DNA of 64,000 nucleotides, taken from Haliotis rubra (Eukaryota). Below the pieces are notes generated by a model. The model was not told the DNA's origin. It did not search any database and saw only the letters and a program-made list of their open reading frames with translations. Positions 1-11,600 of the stretch are shown in pieces; within the stretch, counting starts at the first letter, position 1, and the number at the start of each line of letters is the position of its first letter. Both the position numbers and the translations under genes were made by a program. The DNA lies in NCBI RefSeq assembly GCF_003918875.1, contig NW_025764955.1:124001-188000 (forward strand), read 5' to 3'.

Positions 1-3000
1 CTGGCTGAACTCTACTTCAATATCAGCCCGAAGTTGGGATTCACCTTCGAGCTGTAGGGCAAGAATTATATATTTGAATGTGTATCGAACATCCATATTT
101 ATCGAGTAGCGTCTGTTATTTCGGTGAGAATATATCAGCTGTGTCAATATTTTATTTAAGTATGACATTGCAGAGAAAGGTTTGGTAATAACTGCTAAGC
201 TAAATAATGCAACAATCTTAAGTGAGTGAGTGAGTTAAAATTTAAAGTCACTTTGGCAATATTTCAGCCATATCGTGACTAAAACAAGTTAACAAGATTA
301 ACAACAAGTAATGATAGATTATAAAACCATGTCAACAAAGGACAGTAAAACAACTAGAACATCACAGATATAAATGTAAAACTAGCAATTAAATCTAAAA
401 CATTTTGACTATAGAGGACAACACAATATAAAAATAGGCTATAGATCGCCAACAACTGAGGGTAGATCACCATACCAGGGACCATGGGGACTTACAGTAC
501 CTTTGCTGACTGCATGGACCCTAGTTGGATTTACACCATCCCCTCAGCCGTTGGCGATTATAAGAAATGTTAGCCAAAATGAAAATAACAAGAATACTAC
601 GTTTAAAAATCCGGGTAAGTTTAAATTGACTTCCAAAGTTTTGGGACTTACGTACCCTCTCAGGGGGCAACAATCTTAAGAAATAATGTATTGAAACATA
701 TTGTGGATCCACAATGATTCATGTAACATCTAATTGTGTAAGTTAATGTATATTTTGTTTACTCTGGATGTGGGCCTGAGGCGTAAAATACAATGAACTT
801 CTTCTTCGAAGAAATGGTAACATACTGATACTTCTCACCTGTGATATGTATTTCACCAGTTTCGGCTTGTTGTTTACCTTCTTTATGAGTAGTTCACTGT
901 AATGATAAAGTATAAGATCTTCTTGACAAATTCAAGATACTCTAGATATGCAATATCACGGACTGGTAGGGTGATTCTTGATAGCGAGTTGAGTCCACCA
1001 GCTTCAACGATGCACCGATCGTACATTACAATGTCTATTTCGCCATGATTGGGATCCTTAGTATATCAGATGAACAAAAAGTGCTAATTGTATTCACCAA
1101 TAATGAACCATTCACAGCATGCTTCTACCAACTGCTGCCAACTGCTCGCCGACTGCCACCAACCTGCTGCTGATATAATCACAAGTGATTTGTAACAATA
1201 AATACCTTTGTCGTTTAGCCAACAAGGACCAAAATATCGTGAGCAGCCTCCTATGAATTGGGACCATAATGATACAATTCTTATGGGCGTTGTCAGTGTA
1301 TATGGCAAAACAAATGGTCGGAAAGTAAAGAAGAAGCAGTGGAATATCTTTCATCTACCTGAATGGGTGGGTCAATCAAACGCTTGGTAAAAAGAAATCC
1401 AGAAACAGAATACCATCCTCCCCCACCCCCATCATTGAGTCTGCTGGCTGCCCTGCTTAAAAAGTTGGCAACTCTTCCTATTGGTAGGACCTCAGCCTTA
1501 ACCTCAAACTATGTAAAACTTAAGGTGAGACGTTTAATCAATAAGTCTCTGCTATTTGACCATCCGTGATCGGTGTTGACTTGACATTTTGTTTAGGTTA
1601 GAATGTCAAATTACCGATATTTTAATGATTCTGTAGGTCCGCAGACCCCCAAAATGGGTAACGGGTCAGGGTCAATGACGTGGTTAATTACCTGTCATCA
1701 TACCGCCAAGGCGTGGATGAGTACCCACACTATCAATCACGTGATCGTCAGGTCAACATTCAGGTCAATTACTAGTCATGTAGTACAACTCTTGTTGCAG
1801 TCCAGCTTGTTTGAACACATTGATGATATGCAATATATCAACATGGATATACAATATATCAACATATCATATATCAACACTGATATGCAATATATCAACA
1901 TACTCACAACACATATGACATGTCTGTTCCTCCATGACAATCCATGCACCTCACAGTGAAGTCATCCTTCAGCATGAGAAGGTCTTCTTGCGACGGAGAA
2001 AATGTCACATTTAACTGTCTCGCACCTGAGGTCTTGTGGACTGCAAAGTATTTGTCTGGGGCACTGCTTTGATTATGATGTGTATTGAACGGAATTCTGG
2101 TTGAGAAATTGGCGTGCCAGTCGAGATTCCCGAGTATTTTGGTGAGGATATTCGACAGGTAACGGCGATGACGTCGCTTGGTTTCAACGGGCAGATCCGA
2201 TCGTCCAGGGCTGTAGCGGAAGTGAATGTTGGCTTCCTGTATCATGTCATAAGGCCTTGAAATGAAAGAACAGTCATTAAGTTTAGTTATGGTTAGTTAT
2301 GCTACCCTTTCGTATTTCCGTGAATTAACAGAGAAGTTGGCAGCGTCTTACAAGAGAACAAAATCGAACTTCTTTTTATGCCTCTCTTTTTGGGGGGGAA
2401 GGGGTTGGGTGTTTTTAGAGTGGGAGGGGTGGAGGGGAGTTTTTCAGCACTCAATTAATTAAACAGTGCTATAGTAAAATAATTAGTACATACATTTACA
2501 GCATCGTATTGTACGTTAGTAAAACAAGACATATCGGCATATAACTTCCCTGTTTCCGAATTCCTCGACAATTGATGTCGACGGTAATTGAAGTTCTTTC
2601 AGGAAACAATAAAAATGCTACATAAAATTTTAAACGTATTGTATTGTGGCTTTAACCATTAATCATTCAGTCGTGTTCACTCTCGATCTATGCCCTATTG
2701 CACTACCTGTAGTTAAGGCATCTGTCAGAATCAGGCACTATAATAAGGACAAACACATTGTGTAAAAGAAATGAAAGGTTCAATACAAACGACGGTGGGT
2801 GGCATGGTCATTTAAAAGTGACCAAATCAATGCTTGATGATGGTTCAATATTTTGCTTGACATGGACATATTGCTGGTGCTGAGGAATATATGGTACGGT
2901 TACACGTTACACTACTGACGGATCTCTTTACACGTCAACCAGCGTGTAATTTGAGTTGCCTACGTGAGACAATTGTTATCATAGTCTTGAACACATTCAA

Positions 3001-6000
3001 CTTATCTGCTACTTGTGAAAGTCGATAAGAAATTCGACAGCTTAAAATCATATCTCCCACTTTAGACAGTTGAAGGGTTTTCCATTTGTTGTAGAGACTT
3101 TGTATGAACGTTTCACACCGTGCAAACATGACCTAACTAAACAGTTATGAATATACATTAACACGTGTATACTTCGCTCAGTATGGGTAGTATTTGTGAT
3201 GGTGGGTCCGAACCTTTTGTAGGTTTCTCAATATCATACCCCTGCCTATATTGGGGAAACAACAAAACTGCAAAGTAACGTTTAATCCAACTCGGACATC
3301 CGCTTACACACGCTCGCACGTATTCATGATGTCGGCAATCCTATAACATTCCCTCTGGCTATAAAACATATAACGTATTCCACTTTCTCCTATTGGTATT
3401 GATGTAAATCAAGAAGCTGCTGGACATATTAAAGATTTAATCAGACAAAAGCGGACGTTACTTGTGCTTCAAATGTTCCGGATTGTCTCAAAGGGTATGT
3501 ACATTGAATTTTGTTAATTTGCTACTTTAGACTTGGCGTATCAAACACCAAAAACACTGTCATAGTCCGAAGTCAAACACTGCTCCAATGTGCACTTAAA
3601 TAATTTTTGATGGATAGTCCTATATGGTGCTGATGTAGGCGATACTGTTTCTACTTGTACAATACGAAACATCAATACGATTCCAGTGTAGGGCAATGGG
3701 CAGGTACCCTTTTCGTGAACACCTCTTTACAGTGTTATCACAGATTTTCAAACATCCATCCACATCATTTTCACCGTTCATATTTTGCCGTCTTTTACGA
3801 TAAATTGTTTCTGTTTGGCAGATAAACGAAACTGGTTAATTTTTTGACTGCCACCATATGCAAATTTAGTTAATTCAAGATAATATAGTAACCATGATTG
3901 TCTCTGGTCGTATTCCTCTACATTTTACGAAAGCGGTTCAGTCACAAAAGAGCCGAGCCTCCACTGCAGGCATTATCAAGGCTCAAAAGCTAGGAGTAGC
4001 TGCGCTGTCACCACTTCAATGTTATCAGGGAGACCCTCCTAAATTGTTGTCATCCGTTTTACTATCTCCAAGTATTCCCCGGTAGGCGTCATGATTATAT
4101 TAATTTATCATTTTGTCTGTTGTGTCATTTCCTTCAAAAAGGTGATATCTGACGCGAAGGAGTTTTATATCTCCAAAAATGCTTATTTTAGTACGAAACA
4201 TCTGTAATCGTATCGGATATTCTCTTTCTTAGAGCTCCTGAGAGGGTACGTAAGTCCCAAAACGTCAAAGTCAATTTAGCTCTACCAAACTTTTAATCGT
4301 AGAATATTTGTTATTTTTAATAATGGCTAAAACTCAGCACAATCGCCAGCGGCAGAAGGGATGGTGTAAATCCAGATAGGGTCCATGCAGGTAGCAAAAG
4401 TACTGAAAGTCCCCATGGATCTTCAGTTGTTGGTAATCTGTAGCCCGTTTTTATTTTGTACTGTCTATAGTGATTTAATTTTACAATAACGTACCAGTTT
4501 TAAATTTACATTTGTGATACTTTAATATTTTTACTGTCCTTCGATGACAGGTTTTTACGTTCTAAATTTATTGATTTTAATATTGATATAAATTGAATTG
4601 TTCTCGTCACGATATGGCTGTAGTATTGCCGATGTAACGCTAAATATTAACTCACTCACTCACACAATCTTTCTTAGAGGGGCGAAAAAGGTCCAATACA
4701 TACACTTCACGGTTAATTACTGGGAGTTTTAATCGAATCCTTTTCAGACTATTTGACATTAATTGTCAGTGTTGCTGCTTTGTAACATTTGGTGCGACTA
4801 ATGCCACAACCCATTATCGCGCACATGTGCATGTAGCCCTGTGTTCATTTTGTTTTACAAACTGTTAAAGGAATGAGAAATGGTTCAATAGACACACTGA
4901 CATTTACACCTGTTCTTTAAATTGTCAGTAACATGAAAAAACCTCGGTTTTCTTTCGTTTTTGTCATTTACTCAAATGATTACGCTTTCATGATGGAAAA
5001 AAAATCACTCCATTGGATAATGACTAAAATATCCCAGTACAAAATGATTGGGGTGAGTGAGTGAGTTTAGTTTTACGCCGCACTCAGCAATATTCCAGCT
5101 ATATGGCGGCGGTCTGTAAATAATCGAGTCTGGACCAGACAATCCAGTGATCAACAGCATGAGCATCGATCTGCGCAATTGGGAACCGATGACATGTGTC
5201 AACCACGTCAGCGAAACTGACCACCCGATCCCGTTAGTCGCCTCTTACGACAAGATAGTCGCCTTTTTTATGGCAAGCACATGGGTTGCTGAAGACCTAT
5301 TCTACCCCGGATCTTCACGGGTCACAAAATGATTGGGTGTCACTACGGTTTCATTGTTTGATGATGAACAGACAGAGACGTGCAGTCATGGGCACGATGT
5401 GTCTGGGGTGTTTGACAACCTGTGCTTGGATATTTCCTGATAGAATCGTTGCACACAGTTCTCCTGTTTTCAGCAAAACGTCACCACGTCTTCACAGTCA
5501 CTGCACACAGAAATGATTTAGTTCCTTGAGAGCCATTATAGAAGTTGAAATATGAAGGAAAACCAAGTTCTATGGATAGTCAACTTCTTAATTGCATTGA
5601 GTGCCATGTTTCGGCGTAGGTACTACCACTTGATTGATAACGGTGTTGGTACCTACGCCGAAACGTCGCACTCACTGCAATAAAGAAGGGCTTCACACGT
5701 CGTACCCATGAGGGGAACTTGACTATCCATAGAACTTGGTAATCCGTCACACGGAAATGACTTTAACGTGAAATTTACTCAAACAGTACGTCATCGTCGA
5801 CGTGAGACCGGTCTCCCGTCACGGATCCATGTATTCACATCTCATCCACCCGATATCACAACCAGACACTATCTGGGCTGAAAATCTGGTTTACGGTATA
5901 GGCAAGGATTGGCCTCCATTGCTATTCACTGATCGAGAAATTGTTTAGACCTCACAGATCGTCGTGCCCGAATGAGGAGGACGATTTCAGGAATACAATG

Positions 6001-6326
6001 TTGTCGAATATGACCGTTTTATAGGGAGCGAATCTTATGGCGTGGGATCAGTTGAGCTGGAAGAACCGATTGCTATGTTCCTTTAGGACACGATGTGAGC
6101 TGCAGTGATGACAAACGGATGTGTATGAATGCTGGTGCCGGACTGGACTTTATCGACATAGACGATATCCATCGTGTTGCGGCTGCTAGCAGGAGACCAT
6201 AACCACCAGACCTTACCATTATAAACCACATGTGAAACGAGCGGCAATTATACAGAAACTAAGCAATGATGGTAGCATGTATCCTTGGCAACCATCTAGA
6301 CACGTAAAAATAGCAGGAGACTACCC

Positions 6327-6358
<32 letters not shown>

Positions 6359-8395
6359 TGTGTTTGCATGTTGATCACAAACGCGCTACTGAGAGCTGAT
6401 TTATAGGGTAAACAGGACCTTTGGGCGGTTAGTTTAGATATTCTAATTTTAATTGCCGATCTGACTAATCATTGGTCACATTTATGGTGGCATTGCGTGG
6501 CACAATTTGTCTCACAGATAAAGGAACATCCGGCCAGCGTCAGCCTCTAGATTCATCACAGATTTGGCGGGTATGGTGAAATCACTTTGAACGAACACCA
6601 CTACATATTGTGAAAGGAGTGACTGACTGGGTATGGTTTTAAGCCGCTTTTAGCAATATTCTAGCAACATCAGAGCGGGGGACACCAGAAATGGGCTTCA
6701 CACGTCGTACCCATGAGGGGAATCGGCCTTGAGCGTCAGGCTACCTCACAGCCCCTTTTGTGAAAGGAAGTGTTACTGGACAGTCGTACCGGACAACACA
6801 CACTGATACCCTCAAATCACCACGGAAGAGTGTATTTACGACTTCGTCATTCGAAGTACTGGTATCCCTACCACGTTTGTGGTAGAGTATGTGTTGTTTT
6901 AATATAATTTTCTTAACAATCGCAAACAGCTGAAGGGACGGTGCAAGTACTCCTGGGTACTATGCAGGGAAAGGTGTTATATAATGGGAGATCATAACAT
7001 GGTAATTGTCGAAATTATATGATCAAGTCAAATGTTGCATTCCTGATTTGAGGGGGAAGTATTCATTATACCACAGGTATGCGAGATCCCGACAGTTTGG
7101 CCTAATTTAGGGTGTACGTGATATTTCAGTTTTCCTTCTAAAGATTTAGATTAAGAGAAACAGAGATGTAATGAACCTGTACCACTGAACCAGAAGCCAA
7201 TCTGGATCTTTAAGAAATCTTCATTTGCTGAACATTTAACTTCATCAAATTTAATTTCTGAACATCATGTATAAAACTCATCAAATCACTCACCCAGCAG
7301 GGACAACATGTATGGAAATACGATATTCAGTAGGAAAGTAGATGCTGGAGATCTTAGCATAGATCCCATCTCCACCAGATCCCTGTGACGCATTGCACCT
7401 CCATGTTGTGCTCCCCAGGATGAGCTGACCCACTCTCCAGTCCCTGCCCACATCCTTCTGAGTGGTCACCAACAGGATCCTGTCATCCACACACACGAGG
7501 CGCTGGAAAACATGCGTCCTCTCGTGATCGTTCTTGTTACTAATTATTGAAAATGAATATGAGTAGATGTCGAGTTTCTACTAATATTTTCAAAATCAAA
7601 TCAAAATCCACAAAATGAATCATAAATATGAAAGCCTTGTAGGGTGGCTATTAAAATTAGTTTCCAACTAACAGCATATTGTCGGGGATATACACTAATA
7701 AGCAGAAAAAAGAAATTGTACCAATATCAGGCCTGAAAGAAAGATATTCCTAACGTATAAGTAAATCACTATGCAATATGGAATTGAAATGTCAGTATCG
7801 CCTGTGTACCCACTGGCCCCAAGACACGCCAGCCCACGCCAGATTTGGCCACTTGGTACTCGGTACATATGTACATATGATCATATTTTTAATCTACTTT
7901 ATCAGAAATTAGAACCAGAACGTCTCCACAAAAATCAATTTGTGCTAAAGAATCCATAATGCTATCTGTCATCTGTGAAATGTTACAGACGAGTATATGA
8001 ATATGTTCTGAATTTTATCGCTTTGAATAGCATTTTATCAATTTCGACCATCGGATCCTGGCACGAATGCGGGACGCAACTTTAAATGTGCAACGGACTG
8101 TGGCGTCTTAGTTTTGGCAGGACCACCGGTATCTCTGCATGGAGTATCAGATCGGTTCAATGAAACTATATATGTACACACAAATTCATTGCAACCGTTC
8201 ATACCCACATACCTTTAGTCCATCAACACCATCAAGATCAACAACATCACTGAGGACACCAGAACTGTGAAGCTTGAACCGTTCTCCGTTGTCGTCAGTT
8301 GTGAAGTCCACGTTGTGGTGGAAGGAGTTGTCGGTAGAATGACTGTCGTGTGGGAACAGCCCCGATACAACAAAGAAGAAAACCAGACGCAACAT
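1..8395 (-). CDS. Uncharacterised secreted protein, multi-exon, 3' part beyond left edge of window
   Basis: Phase-compatible GT-AG exons on -: 8395-8213 (MLRLVFFFVVSGLFPH..., signal-peptide-like), 7502-7294 (RLVCVDDRILLV...), 2255-1908 (PYDMIQEANIHF...TKRRHRR...CMDCHG), 896-839 (FELLIKK...), 51-<1 (LEGESQLRAD...). 849 nt / 283 aa with no stop. Confidence 0.8.
223..666 (-). mobile_element. SINE-like retroelement family B with (ACTC)n tail
   Basis: 14-bp TSD gcaacaatcttaag (209-222 / 667-680); homologous to 4235-4667 and 45131-45386. Confidence 0.75.
1815..1900. repeat. Short minisatellite (atatgcaatatatcaaca-like units)
   Basis: About 4 degenerate ~20-bp units next to the exon donor at 1907. 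Confidence 0.6.
4235..4667 (+). mobile_element. SINE-like family B copy
   Basis: TSD tctttcttagag (4223-4234 / 4668-4679); ends aactcactcactcac; inverted homolog of 223-666. Confidence 0.75.
5053..5323 (-). mobile_element. SINE-like family A copy
   Basis: 14-bp TSD acaaaatgattggg (5039-5052 / 5324-5337); (ACTC)n tail; homologs at about 9385, 10378, 18035 and 52990. Confidence 0.8.
5562..5740. repeat. Imperfect palindrome, probably a Penelope-like pseudo-LTR remnant
   Basis: Arms of about 60 bp, accaagttctatggatagtcaa...ggcgtaggtac and its reverse complement; contains gccgaaacgtcg...aataaa, typical of PLE pLTRs. Confidence 0.55.
6328..6362. repeat. (GT)n microsatellite
   Basis: Visible directly. 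Confidence 0.95.
6619..6757 (-). mobile_element. tRNA-related SINE family C, internally deleted
   Basis: TSD ttgtgaaagga; homologous to 20704-20860 and 27866-28020. Confidence 0.65.
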
Positions 8396-8661
8396 GACAA
8401 GCCTGCGGTGTGTTCAGCTGTACGCCATGATCTGTTATATACGCTTGATAAGACAGAATGTATTCTTTCGACAACAGTCCCCGCACTGGTTTTGAGTTAA
8501 ATAAAACCCAGCCAAACTGAATACGTTATCTTTCTGTCACTCACATTGCTTGTAACGCCTGCTAAACTGCTGTAAGTGCATTGGATAATAAAAATAACTT
8601 GTCAGTATATACAGTAGGCTGTTAGCTAAGGTTCCTCCAGAGCTGCGCGTACACCGCTATC
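8396..8661. promoter_or_regulatory. Putative bidirectional promoter / 5' UTR region
   Basis: 266 bp between two divergent ATGs that each begin a signal-peptide exon. No core motif confidently identified. Confidence 0.5.
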
Positions 8662-11600
8662 ATGAAGAGCGCTGGCTGGGTAGGAGCCACCCTCCTGCTA
8701 CTGTGCTCATACAGTCAGGGGTATTTCTTCCAAGACGACTACGACCATCAGTATACCTACTCTTCTATGTCGGAACTGTTCGGCCATAAAAATATCACCA
8801 CTGTTCTGAAGGTAAGTTGTAATTATTAACCTGTAATGTGAACATGCATTTTCAAAGTTTCAATATTTATTGGAAACCTTCAGCTCCTGACATGCAAACT
8901 TAGTGGGCGACACGCTTTTCCCACAGCCTTGTACACCACTTAACTATATATAGGACTCAAGCTTGAACAGTTCAGTAATTTCATATATTGTAAAATATAC
9001 CAATTTCATCACAGATATGCCGTTTACTTCTATTGAAATCTGTTTCGGAGATAATCGAAACTTATTCTATGGCGCTGACTTGTAAATTATCCCAAAAAAA
9101 TTGTAAGCCAAACTAGAATACTTTGACGGAATAAATAAACGCATGGGTGTTTTTGAATACCTTCAGTTCAAGATCAGAGCCCTCAATACGACAGGGGATG
9201 GCGGGAGACTGCATTCGTTACGTGTGATCAGTATTGTGCAGTTTGCAGATGGCAGATGTGAGTATTTTTTCACGTTTATTGTTGTCCAACAACATCTTGA
9301 TACATATATACAAAACAAAAAACGAAACTTCACATGTGTCACTTTATGTCCCAAACATACCCTTATAGTTTTAGTTTTAGTGAGGGAGTGAGTTTAGTTT
9401 TACGCCGCACTCAGCAATATTCCGGCTATAAGGCGGAACCCCTATAGTGTGTTGCTAGTGGATAAATCCGGGTTATCGATGATTAGGCATTAAGCTGCGT
9501 CAGGTGCACCCTTTAAAGTCAACGGTAGGATGATAGGTTCACCTTTTTATTTCATCTGTATTGATGTTTGTTCTGTACCGCGTATGCCCCCTCTCGTGTT
9601 CACAACAGCAAGACAACGTTGTCTCATTGAACACCCATGAACACAGCATTAGGCAGCCTGTGCCATTGCTGTACCAACATGGCGCCCAGCACTTCAACAT
9701 TCTGGGGTTGATGTCTCAAGGCACGAAAACTTTTCACAGAGCATCCCATGCTTGTCCGATTGGATTGTGGTCAGTTGGTCTTGATGACCACTCCATGACG
9801 TCAATACCCGCATTTTGCAGGATATGTGTCAAAACAGCTGTGTGTGGTGTGGCATTGTCATGTTGGAATTGAGGTCAGGACCATGACCAGCCGAGAAACA
9901 GGTCCAGGTCAAGGAAATGGTCACGATATCCCGCTGCATTGACGTTCCCACCAATTACGAGAAGACGTGAGGGCACGATCCCGCAGAAAGCTCCCCAAAC
10001 TATTACGCTGTCGCTACGAAATTGACCAGCTTCATGTAGCTGCACTGGAGTTGACGTTCAGCGTTCCGACGCCACGCTCCGTCGGCAAATCGCGGCGTAA
10101 ACCGTATAAACAACCCGATTTCATTCTCCTGGTCCCAGTGCATGTGCAATTGTGCCCAGCGTAGACATTCTTTACGGTTTACCTCGGTCAGAATCGGCCA
10201 AACAGTTTCGAGTCCCCTAAATGGTGCGATACTGGTTCACCTTGCGGTCATCAACTGACGTAGCCGGCATGTGGCGTTACACGCCCCCGTCCTGATCATG
10301 ACCTGGGGCGATCTGTCTTCTGCATCTCAGGGCACGCGTAACAGCCACAGTACTCTAGCCAGTACACTGGCAGTTAGGAGTGAGTGAGTCTAGTTTTACG
10401 CCGCTCTCAGCAATTTTCCAGCTGTATGGCGGCGGTCTGTAAATTATCGAGTCTGGACCAGACAATATAGTGAGCAGTCAGCAGCGTGAGCATTGATCGA
10501 CGCAATTGGGATACGATGACATGTGTCGGCCAAGTCAGCTTGTCTGACCACCCGATCCCGTTAGTCACCTCTTACGACAGGCATGGGTAACTGAAGATCA
10601 ACTCTAACCTGGATCTTCACTGGTTGGTAGCAAGGAACATGAAACTGTGGTCACGTGAACCCGCACACGTGCAGGGTCGCGATTTCACAAAAGAGCGTGC
10701 TGCATGCACCCCGCGTGGTTTACCACAGTTGAAATGGATGGATGCGTCAGGTCAGACCTAGCTTTATGGTATTTGCCCACATTAACTACCTTGTAGACCC
10801 CTGAAGATCCAGGTCAGACCTAGCTTTATGGTATTTGCCCACATTAACTACCATGTAGACCCCTGAAGATCCAGGTCAGACCTAGCTTTGTGGTATTTGC
10901 CCACATTAACTACCATGTAGACCCCTGAAGATCCAGGTCAGACCTAGCTTTATGGTATTTGCCCACATTAACTACCATGTAGACCCCTGAAGATCCAGGT
11001 CAGACCTAGCTTTATGGTGTTTGTCCACATTAGCTACCTTGTAGACCCCTGAAGATCCAGGTCAGACCTAGCTTCATGGTATTTGCCCACATTAACTATC
11101 TTGTAGACCCATAAAGATGCAGGTCAGACCTAGCTTTATGGTATTTGCCCACATTAACTACCATGTAGACCCCTAAAGATCCAGGTCAGACCTAGCTTTG
11201 TGGTATTTGCCAACATTAACTACCTTGTAAACCCCGGAAGATCAAGGTCAGACCTAGCTTTATGGTATTTGCCAACATTAACTACCATGTAGACCCCTGA
11301 AGATCAAGGTCAGACCTAGGTTTGAGGTATTTGCCCACATTAACTACCATGTAGACCCCTGAAGATCCAGGTCAGACCTAGCTTCATGGTATTTGCCCAC
11401 ATTAACTACCTTGTAGACCCCTGAAGATCGAGGTCAGACCTAGCTTTGTTGTATTTGCCCACATTCACTACCTTGTAGACACCTGAAGATCCAGGTCAGA
11501 CCTAGCTTTATGGTATTTGACCACATTAACTACCTTGTAGACACCTGAGGATCCAGGTCAGACCTAGCTTTATGGTATTTGCCCACATTAACTACCTTGT

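Noticed and set aside
1084-1959. Short ORFs (60-118 aa) in this region
   Set aside because: Intronic, low-complexity or repeat-derived, with no compatible splice phases.
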